Shown here piece after piece: positions 48,560 through 60,309 of a DNA stretch of 64,000 nucleotides. Position 1 is the stretch's first letter. Every line of letters starts with the position of its first letter. Under the pieces are notes generated by a model that had not been told where the DNA came from, did not search any database, and saw only the letters and a list, made by a program, of their open reading frames with translations. Source of the DNA: Octopus bimaculoides (lineage: Eukaryota); the NCBI RefSeq assembly GCF_001194135.2, contig NC_068982.1:185250268-185314267 (forward strand), in the 5' to 3' direction. The translations under genes were made by a program, and so were the position numbers.

Positions 48560-50700
48560 GCCCATTGACTCACAGCATATAGATCAGACTGGAGTTGAGT
48601 TCGGTCTTCTTCTTCATTGATGATTTGCTGGAGCTTAGTGTCATCAGCAAATATTTCACTTTGCAGTGATTTACAACGCTAGAAAGGTCATTTATGTAAA
48701 TTATAAAGAGGAGCGGACCTAAGACAGTCTCCAGAGGGACACCACTGGTGACTTTTGCTGTACTTGAGTGAACTCCATCGACCACAACTTCTTGCGTTCT
48801 ATTTGCCAGGGAATACTTAATCCAGTGTAGAAGTTTTCCACGGATTCCAACATTTGCCAATTTTGAGAGCAACAGTATAATAAAACCATAGGGAGATGAT
48901 GTGATGTGAGTGAAATGAGATGCACAGTGACAGAGGAACATGGAAGTGGAAACGGTGAGTGACAAACAATAAAGGATGATGGGGGAGGAGGGGAGTCTCA
49001 AAGGCAGATGTCGAACGCTTTCCTGAAGTTAAGGTATATGACATCAGAGTTCGAACCTGCTTCCAAGGCTTTAAATATATTTTCAATGTGGTGTAAGAGC
49101 TGTGTTAGACAGTTCCTGCCACAGCGAAAGCCATGCTGATTTGCCTTTAGGATTTTGTGGGTCTCCAGGAAGTCAGCTATCCTTGATCTTACCTCTCTTT
49201 CAAACACTTTAATGATGTGGGTGGTGAGTGAGATTGGGTGATAGTTAACTGCGAGGGATTTGTTTCCCTGTTTGAAAACCGGGATGACAGACTGGGATAG
49301 GAGCTGTTTCGGTATATAACCTGAGTCTAAAGAATTTCTCCAGAGGTTGGTCAGAGGGACTGCAAGTTAGTGTCTACATTCCTTCAGGAGACTAGCGGGG
49401 AATCTATCAGGGCCTACAGCAGAATAGTATTTGACCTCATTTATTGATAGTATGATGTCTGAGGCAGTGAAGGTCATGTCCAAGATTTTATGTTGGGAAT
49501 CAACTTCGTTCGCTTCTCTTATGTCAATATCAGTGGGATCACTAAAGACAGAGCAGTATTTCTGCCATTTCTTTAGCATCGTGTTGGGGAATGCTGTTAT
49601 CATCGATCAAAGGCCCAATGGGTGAGACAGCGGTTCTGTTCTTATTTGCATAAGAATAGAACACTTTTGGGTTCTGTTTGATGTTTTTGATTACCCACTG
49701 TTCCTCTGCAGCTCTTTGATTTTCAATGGAGGTTTTCATGTCAATCTGCAGATGAAGTTTTTCCAACTCCAGCCCTTTTTATTGTTGTTGAATGTGGATG
49801 TTGTATGTGGGAGTATTTTAATTGGTTGATTTTTTTATTGAGTCTTTTGATGCTCCTGATGACTTTTTTTTTCTTTTTAGGGAACTGGTTTCCGTTTGTG
49901 CTAGTGGATTTTGTAGGAGCATGTTTTGAGCATGTATAGGTGACAATGTTCTCAAAGTGTTGCGATGCGGTCTCAATGTGAGTGGAACTGACAGCGAAAG
50001 ACCAGTCAATGAAGGACAGAGCCTTTCTGATTGCTCCCCAGTCTGCTTTGTGGAAGTTTATGTTGTCAAATGAGTGCCGTGGAGTGGGATTGGCTGGGTT
50101 GATTTTGATATGCTAGGAATTAAAATTGCAGAGTACCATGTTGTGGTCTGAGAGGAGAGTTTTTTCATCTGAAATACTGTGAATGGAGCTAGAGTGGTTG
50201 GTTAATATTAGATCCAAGATCATTTTATTCCGTCTTGTTGGTTCGAGCACTAGTTGAGTCAGGAAGAATTTATCCATAAGATTAAAGAGTAATTCTGCTG
50301 CTGCTTTATCTGATGTAGAGCATTCACCTAACTTCAGAGTATTTGTGGGCCAGTTTATATGAGGGAGGTTAAAATCACCCATCACTAGTATGTTTTTGGA
50401 GTTGTATTTTTGAAGGAAGGACTTGATTTTGTCGAGGTACTCTTCAAAGCACTTTAGAGGTGCTTGGGGGTGGAGGGCTGTAAAGACCAACAATGATTAT
50501 GTCTTTGGCCTTGTTGAATATTGATATGGATTCACAGTAGCCATTGGAAAATATGTCCTTGGCATCAACTGAAAAGGAATCATGGCAAAAGATGGCTGTG
50601 CCCCCTTTATTTCGGTCTGTGTGATCTGCATGGACGATAGTGAAATCTTTTATTTTCACCTCGGCATCCATGTGTGCTGTTTAGGTGAGTTTCAGTAAGG
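48560..50700 (-). mobile_element. CR1-like LINE ORF2 (endonuclease and RT), decayed
   Basis: EN: NKGGTAIF, LVMGDFNLPHINW, LDLILTN, SDHN; RT: [45 protein letters not shown]. Confidence 0.92.
48865..49009. repeat. 145-bp inverted duplicate of 47723-47867
   Basis: Reverse-complement match with no difference found by eye; identical translations in two frames in the ORF track. Confidence 0.95.
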
Positions 50701-50725
50701 ATATATATATATATATATCCTTAAG

Positions 50726-50759
<34 letters not shown>

Positions 50760-50859
50760 TTTTTATATAATATGTATATAATATATATATAAGGATTTAC
50801 TTTTCGCAATGAGATAAAAAAAACGAAGGCTGTGTGGGCATACGAACACAAATATATAG

Positions 50860-50970
50860 GCGTTAGGAAGGGCATCAGGCTGTAGAAACCGTGCCAAATC
50901 AGACTGGAACCTGGTGCAGCCCTTCGGCTTACCAGTTCCAGTCAAACCGTCTAAGCAGACGCTAAATGAT
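50860..50970 (+). mobile_element. RTE LINE 3' tail fragment
   Basis: GGCGTTAGGAAGGGCATCAGGCTGTAGAAAC...GACGCTAAATGAT. Confidence 0.75.
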
Positions 50971-52426
50971 CACACACACACACACTCATTTAAGAAATAT
51001 GTATCACGTAATAAAAAAGTAAATATATGTTCAACAAATACGAATAGGTATGTCAGTATGTGTACGTATAGGAATAAACTGTACAAGCGTATATCTGTTT
51101 ACAAGCTTCTACTTTTTTCCCATGTAAGTGATGGTATCTATGTAAATATGCCAAGATTTTTCTGCCTGTGTGTATGTATGCACCACAGATTCGGTATTAT
51201 TGTGTGCCACACACCAATCTGTGTTAACGCTTATCTATTTGGTGCATAAATGCCGGCATCTACGTAAGTGTGTAAGTGTGTATGCTGCTCTCGAGATGTA
51301 TGTGCGTATGTTTTTTTTTTAAATTCCTGTGTCTATGGTGTTTCTTTGACGAATGTGTATAAGCTTTCGTATATGTGCTGCTCTCGAGACGTGTTCAGTT
51401 TTATTTATGTGTATGCCACTCCCTGGCTGACTGCGCATACACACTTACATACGCATGTGCGTTTATGTTGCTCTCTCTAGACGTATGTGCTAGTTTCTGT
51501 AACGCTCAAGAAATATGTGTACATTTTTATATGATTATGTATAGGCGCGTGTGTGTGTATGTTTGTGCGTACATGTATATATATGTGTGTGTATGTTTGT
51601 GCGTACATGTATATATATGTGTGTATGTTTGTGTGTACATGTATATATATATATGTGTGTGTATGTGTGTGTATGTTTGTGCGTACATGTATATATATGT
51701 GTGTATGTTTGTGCGTACATCTATATATATATGTGTGTGTGTATGTTCCCCTGTTGGACGTGCGCAGTACTATTGAAGGGCAGATAACCGACCTTCACCT
51801 TATACAGAGGACGGTATCACCTTGACATATCGACGTCGTCCGCCACCCCAGCTGCCTCATTAAATCTGTAGGCAGTTGCTGTGTCGTTGGCATAACACTC
51901 TTTCTCTAAACACATCGAAGCCAACTACTAAGTTTAGCTGGTGGCAGATAGATAACCGATTCTGGAGGACTACATACTTTTTCGTTAGGCAAGCTAGCAT
52001 TTGACTACTTTTTATTTATCGAAACCTCCCCTAATTCATCGATGTTAGTAGCCGTCTTCACACCCACAAAAAAAAAAAAAAAAACATTAATGTCCTCTCT
52101 TCTTACCGTTTTATTAACATGTTTTGAAAGATAAACTTTATTTCTGACTAATATTGGACACAGCTTTTTCTGCATCGTTTCGGAAGACATAAAGAAGCAG
52201 CAAGGAAACAGTTGTTGATAATTGTGCTCTATCATTATTCTGAAGTACTACGTGTCGAGTCTCTTTCACAGCCTGCCTTCTGACAGTAGACTACACAGTG
52301 ATAATTAATTCCCTTCATTCAACACCAACACATTATAAGGACATCTTTTTTAATCACTCTTCGCTGATCCTCTCGGATTTATAGTTATAGCTGTCTTGTT
52401 TATTAACTGTTGTTGATAGAATCAAC

Positions 52427-53953
52427 ATGGCCAACACAGCTTTCGTAAAGGGTCACCGACGAACGTCAAGCGACATAGAATTCAAGGAGTTGATACGGAG
52501 AGATGCTCAATTAGCAATGCATAAGGAACTAACCAAATTAATACAAACTGCTCCTCCAGTCCAACAACCTAAAGTGAAAAATGAACTTGACCGCTTCCAG
52601 ATTTTGTTCGAAAGATACTTGCAAGAAGCGGGTACATCGCTAAACTGGGAAAAAATCAAAGTGTTACCTGACGATGCCATAAAAAACTACAACGAAATCC
52701 AGCGAACAGAACTGACAAATATGAAGAACATGTTAAACAAACTTGTGGTCCTTAAATTGAACGGAGGTCTTGGCACCAGTATGGGTTGCCAAGGTCCTAA
52801 AAGCGCCATTTCTGTCAGGAACGACCTTACTTTCCTTGACATGACAGTTCAGCAAATTGAGTATTTGAATAAATCGTACGATGCCGACGTACCTTTGGTG
52901 CTCATGAACTCGTTTAATACAGATGAGGATACAGAAAAGATTTTAGGGAAGTACAACCAGATCAAAGTACGTATTTACACTTTTAATCAAAGTAAATTTC
53001 CGAGAATTAACAGAGAATCTCTTTTGCCAATACCGAAATGCATGGCGACCGTTGGTACCGACGGTACACCTAGTTGGTATCCTCCAGGGCACGGTGATAT
53101 TTATGAGAGTTTTGCTGCAGCTGGTCTTCTAGAAGAGTTTATAGAAGCAGGTCGAGAATATGTATTTGTGTCGAACATCGATAATTTGGGAGCTACTGTT
53201 GACCTTCATATTCTGAACCATTTAATTAATCCTCCAATGGGAGGAATAGCACCCGAATTTGTTATGGAAGTTACCGATAAAACAAGAGCTGATGTCAAAG
53301 GTGGTACTTTAGTAGATTACGATGGTAAGCTAAGGTTACTGGAAATTGCCCAGGTACCCAAGGAACATGTTGACGAATTTAAAAGTGTGAGTAAATTTAA
53401 AATCTTCAATACAAACAATTTGTGGATTAAGCTGAATGCTTTGAAAAGAGTCATAGATGAACGAACACTACATATGGAGATTATTGTTAACCCTAAAACA
53501 CTTGATAATGGAATTAATGTAATTCAGCTGGAAACTGCCTCAGGTGCAGCCATCAAAAGCTTTGAAGGGGCAATCGGCATAAACGTACCAAGAAAGCGGT
53601 TTCTTCCAGTGAAAACTACATCTGATTTACTTCTGGTGATGAGCAATTTATATAAAATGAGAACTGGGGCTTTAGAGATGAGTCCTCAACGCTCCTTCCC
53701 ATCAGTGCCGTTAGTTAAACTTGGTATCCAATTCCAAAAAGTGAAGGAATTTTTGCAGAGATTTGCCAGCATCCCAGACATGTTGGAACTAGATCACCTC
53801 ACTGTGTCTGGTGATGTAACATTTGGTAAATCTGTCAGTCTGAAAGGAACTGTTATAATTATAGCCAACCACGGTGATCGTATTGATATTCCGACAGGAG
53901 CTTGTCTTGAGAACAAGATTGTTTCAGGTAACTTAAGAATCTTGGATCATTGA
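52427..53953 (+). CDS. UGP2: UTP-glucose-1-phosphate uridylyltransferase (UDP-glucose pyrophosphorylase), 508 aa, uninterrupted CDS
   Basis: All family motifs intact: KLNGGLGTSMGCQGPKS, WYPPGHGD, FVSNIDNLGA, DVKGGTL, LLEIAQVP, FNTNNLW, QLETA, RFLPVK, C-terminal ENKIVSGNLRILDH. Confidence 0.98.
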   Translation: MANTAFVKGHRRTSSDIEFKELIRRDAQLAMHKELTKLIQTAPPVQQPKVKNELDRFQILFERYLQEAGTSLNWEKIKVLPDDAIKNYNEIQRTELTNMKNMLNKLVVLKLNGGLGTSMGCQGPKSAISVRNDLTFLDMTVQQIEYLNKSYDADVPLVLMNSFNTDEDTEKILGKYNQIKVRIYTFNQSKFPRINRESLLPIPKCMATVGTDGTPSWYPPGHGDIYESFAAAGLLEEFIEAGREYVFVSNIDNLGATVDLHILNHLINPPMGGIAPEFVMEVTDKTRADVKGGTLVDYDGKLRLLEIAQVPKEHVDEFKSVSKFKIFNTNNLWIKLNALKRVIDERTLHMEIIVNPKTLDNGINVIQLETASGAAIKSFEGAIGINVPRKRFLPVKTTSDLLLVMSNLYKMRTGALEMSPQRSFPSVPLVKLGIQFQKVKEFLQRFASIPDMLELDHLTVSGDVTFGKSVSLKGTVIIIANHGDRIDIPTGACLENKIVSGNLRILDH

Positions 53954-53980
53954 ATCGTAACAGTAATGACATATACAGTG

Positions 53981-53986
53981 AATAAA
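53981..53986 (+). terminator. Candidate polyadenylation signal of UGP2
   Basis: AATAAA 27 nt after the stop codon. Confidence 0.4.
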
Positions 53987-54265
53987 AACATTTACAATTG
54001 TGTATATCTTTCGATTGGTTTTAATGACCAGAAAAATCTATATATATCTAGAGGCCAAAATATTAAAAAAAAAAAAAAAAAAAAACCCTCCTCTCCAGTA
54101 TTATTTGTACCCCAACCTCTTATGAGGAAGAAAAAAAAAAGAAAAACAACCGACAATAAGCAAAATACAATAATTATGTGGTCCGTGTGATGAAGGAAAG
54201 AAATCTCCGTGTAATTCCTCCATGACTGTAAGATCTGCTGACAGTTATATTCTGCTTTCTTTTTT

Positions 54266-54300
<35 letters not shown>

Positions 54301-54538
54301 ATCTGATCGTATTTAGAATTAGTTGTTTTTTCTCTCCAGTAGAATGTGCAGGGGTAATTTGTATTATTTCCTCTAGTCACTTTGTGATACTAGCTGCTGC
54401 TGTCCCACTCAAGCACACTGTCAGAAGAAAAGCAACAACAAACTTCATCTTTCAGTCCACACACTCACAAGCACGCAAGCAAGCTGTTTGTTAGCCCCTC
54501 TCTCTAGCTATTTACCTATCTCTTTCTCTCTGCCTGTG

Positions 54539-54569
<31 letters not shown>

Positions 54570-54819
54570 ACATACATGCATATCTATCTTTCTATCTGAT
54601 GGAAGGGCAGTTTATGAAACACACATACACATTTTAAACACAAACACAGAAAGAAAAAAGAAAATTGCTGTTTAAAATACAAAACCATGACGTCTCCCAG
54701 AATAAACAACACTGATTATTTTCCAATCTGTATGATATTTCAGAATCATTTTCAATTTTGTCGGTTTAAAACTCAGTTAAATAAAATATTTGAAATTTTT
54801 AAACAACTTACTGAGTATC

Positions 54820-55175
54820 TTTTGTCTTTCGTTTCAATTCATAGATTGCAGCCATGCTGGGGCACCACCTTGAAGAATTTTTGGTTGAATGAATCAACCC
54901 CTATACTTATTTCTTTTAAGCCTGGCACTTATTCTATCAATCTCTTTTTGCCGAACCACTAAGTTACAGAAATGTAAACACACCAACATTGGTTGTCAAG
55001 TGGTGGTGGGGGACTGACACAAAACACGCATGCACACACACACAAATATATGATAGGCTTCTTTGAGTTTCCATCTGCCAAATCCAATCACAAGACTTTG
55101 GTTGGCTTGAAGCTACACGGGAGCTGAACCCAGAACCATGTGGCTGGAAAGCAAGCTTCTTACCAACCAGCCACT
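54820..55175 (-). mobile_element. SINE family B, near full length
   Basis: Tail GCAGCCATGCTGGGGCACCACC, body, head GCTTCTTACCAACCAGCCAC. Confidence 0.85.
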
Positions 55176-55698
55176 ATAATGTGTGAAGCAATTAAGGCAG
55201 GATTGCTGTCTAAATGTGGATCAGTCAGTTATGGGACCATATATATAAATATATACATAATCATCATCATAATTATTTTAATGTCCACTTTTTCATACTT
55301 GCACGAGTTGGATGGAATTCCTTTGAGGCAGATTTTCTACAGCTGGATGCCATTCCTGTCACTAACCCTTACCTATTTTCAACTAAAATAATATTTCCCC
55401 ACAGAAGATTAGAAACAGAGGACATCACTTACATAATGGAGACATATTCGCATGATGTCAAGGCTAGGAGACACTAACATGTACACACAGACTAGTGGCT
55501 CTTCTTTTCTGGAGCTACTGTAACTGTTGAGCATATGAACAGATAGGCTGCTTGTCTCTCTTGAATTGGTCAAAGTCATGAAGACGCCTCTGATGAGAAT
55601 CAAATGAAATGACAAAATTAAGGTTGTTCATATATATATATATATACACATATATTTGTATATGTGTATATATGTATTTGTGTATATATATTTGTGTG

Positions 55699-55729
<31 letters not shown>

Positions 55730-55892
55730 ATGTATATATGTGTGTATGTATATATGTGTGTATGTATATGTATGTATGTATGTATATATATATGTGTGTA
55801 TGTATATATATATGTGTATGCATTTATATATGTATGTGTATATATATATATATTTGTCTATATGTATGTGTATATATATATTTGACTATATC

Positions 55893-56444
55893 ATCATCAT
55901 CATTTAACGTCTGCTTTCCATGCTAGCATGGGTTGGACGATTTGACTGACGACTGGCAAGCCAGCAGGTTGCGCCAGGCTCCAATCTGATCTGGCAGAGT
56001 TTCTACAGCTGGATGCCCNNNNNNNNNNNNNNNNNNNNNNNNNNNNNNNNNNNNNNNNNNNNNNNNNNNNNNNNNNNNNNNNNNNNNNNNNNNNNNNNNN
56101 NNNNNNNNNNNNNNNNNNAAGTTCGAAGGTTGTGCTTCACCACCTCATCCCAGGTTTTCCTGGGTCTATCCCTTTCACAGGTTTCCTCAACTGCTAGGTT
56201 GTGACACTTTTTCACACAGCTGTCCTCATTCATTCGCAACACATGACCATACCAGCACAGTTGTCTCTCTTGCACACCACATCTGATGCTTCTCAAATCC
56301 AACTTTTTTCTCAGGGCGCTTACACTCTGCCGTGTATGCCCACTGACATTACACATCTATCGGAGCATACTGGCTTCATTCCTTGCAAGCTTATGCATGT
56401 CCTCAGCAGTCACAGCCCATGTTTCACTGCCATGTAGCATGGCT
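55893..56444 (-). mobile_element. RTE LINE 3' part spanning an N-gap
   Basis: [29 protein letters not shown]; tail with (CAT)n at 55893; Ns at 55999-56118. Confidence 0.9.
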
Positions 56445-56788
56445 ATACAAATATATATATACAAATATATATATATATATATACAAATATATATATATAT
56501 ATATATACAAATATATATATATATACCTATATACAGATATATATATATATACAAAAAAAAATATATATATATATATACAAATATATATATATATACAAAT
56601 ATATATATATATATACATATATACAGATATATATATATATATATACATATACAAAAATATATATATATACATATATACAAATATATATATATATACATAT
56701 ATACAAATATATATATATATACATATATACAAATATATATATTTATACATATATGCAAATATATATATATGCTTACACACACACACAC

Positions 56789-56820
<32 letters not shown>
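56445..56820. repeat. AT-rich compound microsatellite, units like (TA)nCAAA
   Basis: Directly visible; lies at the RTE/CR1 junction. Confidence 0.95.
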
Positions 56821-56821
56821 G

Positions 56822-57550
56822 CAAGTCAAGTCTTAAGTGATGTCCCTCAGGGAACTGTTCTTGGGCCATTACTGTTCATCATAGCTGTCTTAGACATGTC
56901 CACAGTCACTCGGTCTGCCACTGTCAGTAGCTATGCCGATGACACAAATTTATCACAGGCAATAAAAAACCAAGAGGATCTCAGAAGCTTATAGTAGGAC
57001 CTAAACTCAATATACAAATGGGCCGAAATAAACAACATGCAGTTTACTGCTGGAAAATTTCAAGCACTGCAGTTTCAACTCAGTACAAATACTGTACGAT
57101 CTACATTTACAGGACCCGAAGGCACTACAATCCCAGAGTGACAGTCAGTGAAAGACTAGGGGATCAGTATGTGCAATGACGCATCATTTCATATGCAGAT
57201 AAGCAAGACAGCAGCAAAGAGCAGGTAACTAGCAGGATGGATACTGAGGTCCTTCAAGACCAAGAAACTATGTTGACCCAGTGGAGAACATTTGTTCTCA
57301 GCCACCTGGACTACTGTTCCCAGTTATGGTCACCACATAGTTCCAAACTAACAGAAGAGCTTGAAGCAGTCCAACGCCACTATAAAGATTGAAACAGTGC
57401 AGTGGATGAGCTATATGGATAAGCTGAGAAAACTACAGCTCTACTCCCTGGAGCGAAGCCGAGACTGATATGCAATAATATACATATGGAAAATCCTAGA
57501 AGGGCTAGTATCTAACTTTTGCATTGAGTGTTATATAAATGCCAGGACAA
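56822..57550 (+). mobile_element. CR1-like LINE RT fragment (same subfamily as 44665-45400)
   Basis: [30 protein letters not shown]. Confidence 0.9.
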
Positions 57551-59475
57551 GATTCCAAGGGAGAGGAAGATCCTCATGAGATGATGAACGAAGGTTGCAA
57601 ATCGACTCAACCAACATCCTAAAAGTAGCAAAAGGTCCCACCTAAAAACAACACTGATGGAGATTGAAAAAAGGCTGCAACAATCCTATGTGAGGGAGAG
57701 AGCAGACAAAGAAGCCTGGGTTATAAAAAGCATTAAGTCAAACCCAAAGGCCTTCTTTCATTACACGAAAGAAACAGCCTCAGTACGCTGCAAGATAGGA
57801 CCCCTCTTCCAAAAGGATGGCTCCCTCACAGACAGTCCAGCTAGGATCAGTGTGGTACTGAATGACCAGTTCAAAAGTGTCTTTACCACCCTGTTGGAAC
57901 ACAGACAAGTGAACGAACCAGTGGACTTCTTTGCCGCTTCACTTATAACCGGCAAGGCAGTTACAGTGGAATACATCGACATTAGCGAAGAAGATATACT
58001 ACTAGCCATAGATGAAGTGGACACAAACTCAACTGCTGGTCCTGATGGTTTCCCAGCAATCCTCCTTAAATTGTGTAAGCATGCCCTGGCAAAACCCCTC
58101 CAGATTCTCTTCCAGAGCTTTCTTGCAAATGGCAGACTGCCAAGCAAGCTGAAGTAGAGAATAATATGCCCAATCCATAAAGGTGGGAGCAGAGCAGATG
58201 CCAAAAACTATAAGCCTATTTCTCTGACTTCACACATCAGCAAAGTCATGGAACAGGTAGCCAGAGGAAAACTAATTGCATTCCTTGAAGAAAATAACTT
58301 GCTGAGTGATACCCAGCATGGCTTCCAACCAGGTAGGAGCTACCTGACAACATTATGACTTGGTGTTAAGGCAGTTACTCAACAACTCAAATGTGGATGT
58401 AATATACCTTGATTTTGCAAAAGTTTTTGACAAAGTGGATCATGGTATGATATGCCACAAGCTGCATGATTTCAGCATAGCTGGAAAACTTGGAGAGTGC
58501 ATAACTTTCTGAAAGATAGAAGTCAGGCAGTAGTGGCTAATGTAGCCACCTCTATGAAAACACAAATAGTGAGCGGTGTTCCACAGGGCACTGTCTTGGG
58601 ACCACTGCTTTTTATAGTGGCCCTCTCAAATATGCCTTCAAGTATCCAGATACCCACCCTTGCAAGCTACACAGATGATATGAAAGTCTCGCAGAAAATA
58701 CAGAAACCCAGTCATGTTGCACATCTGCAGAAGGAGTTGGACTCAACTTACAGATTGGCTGAGGATAATAATATGCAGTTTAATGCTGAAAAATTCCAAG
58801 CCCTGCGCTACCAGCGTCCAAAAATAAATATGAAACAGGGAATTTCAGTCCCAGAGCCTAAATCAGTGAGGGACTTGGGTATTGACATGAGTAATGATAC
58901 CTCTTTCCAAGTGCACATTACCAGGATGGCGACAAAGTGCCAACAACTGGCTGGATGGATCCTGAGAACATTCAGAATCAGAGATAAGGAAACCATGATG
59001 GTCCTCTGGAGGGCATTCTTCCTCAGCCACCTGGATTACTACTCCCAGCTATGGTCACCCACCAGTGTGAAATTAACAGTGGACTTTGAAGCAATCCAGA
59101 GAAGATTCACAAAGAAGATTGCCTCTTTGCAACTGCTCAGTTACTGGGAAAGGCTGAAACAGCTAAGACTCTACTCCCTGGAAAGAAGGCAGGTGAGGTA
59201 TGCAGTAATATACATCTGGAAGATCCTGGAAGGAATTGTGCCAAATTTTGACATTTAAAGCTACACGAATGCCAGAACTGGAGGACACTGCATAGTGCCA
59301 AAGATCCCAGCAATGCCATCACGCTTTAGAAACTGTTACTGCAACAGCCTGGGTTTCAGGAGCCCACAGCTTTTTAATATTCTCCCAAAGAGCCTGAGGA
59401 ACCTGCACAAAGTAGATGTAGGCGTTTTTAAATCAAAGCTGGACCTCTTCCTGTCAAGAGTCCTAGATGTACGCC
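57551..59475 (+). mobile_element. CR1-like LINE ORF2 fragment (linker, RT, C-terminus)
   Basis: [61 protein letters not shown]. Confidence 0.92.
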
Positions 59476-59661
59476 GCTATGGACGCTTTACATAAATGGA
59501 GTGTTTACATAAATGGAGTCGCATGAAACGATCGTACTGCATTAACTTTGGATATCCTTGTTGCTTATTTTGACTTTAATCACCTTATTTTGAAATTGTA
59601 TGGATAATACCATACTTAATTCTGGTGCCTAAACTTAAGTACCATATTCACCTGAATCTAA

Positions 59662-59709
<48 letters not shown>

Positions 59710-59899
59710 TGGGAAGGGAGGGAGAGAGAAAGAGAGAGACAGAGATTAAAAAAGAAATGAAAAGGTAAGCTGCTTGGCAAGACTTGACAAGGTTATTTGA
59801 TTTAGATATACAATAAAAAGGTATTTTTTTAATTATATATTAAATTAAATGCCCTTGTCAAGTTCTGTCAGATGACTTGCTTTTTCATTCCTGTTTTAA

Positions 59900-60122
59900 C
59901 CCATTAAGTCTCACTGTCCTATAAATAGGACACTAAATGAGAACATTAAATAAGCTATATCACCTTGTTTCAGTGTCCTATTTATAGGACACCGAGTATT
60001 TCTATTTCTACTTGAAGTAAAGGAGTTTTAGTAATTAATTTTTTCATTTTAACCTATTTTTTATCATCTGTAAAAATTTAAAAGTAATATTCAGAAATTT
60101 AAGTACTCTGGGACTTAATGGG
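59900..60122. mobile_element. piggyBac-like MITE with two internal palindromes
   Basis: TTAA|CCCATTAAGTCTCA...TGGGACTTAATGGG|TTGA; internal GTCCTATAAATAGGAC and GTCCTATTTATAGGAC. Confidence 0.8.
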
Positions 60123-60309
60123 TTGATCTGTACCTACGTGCTCAAGGAGAAGCCACTCCTAGCTGTTTCAGAAAGGCAGTCTCAACATCACATGTTCGAC
60201 TACAGTTCAAACCTGATTTTTTATTGACATACCAAATTGAGCACTCTGAGAGCATGCCTGTTAGTTTCAGTCATGTGACAAAAACTCCTCGTATACTTTA
60301 TATTTATAT

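Noticed and set aside
54065-54085. A21 run after UGP2 as a retrocopy poly(A) tail
   Set aside because: About 80 nt from the AATAAA, no matching TSD found, and similar homopolymers are common in this window
56286-56994. Long ORFs rich in YI/IY/HT (also near 42500, 51550, 55600)
   Set aside because: Translations of TA/CA microsatellites
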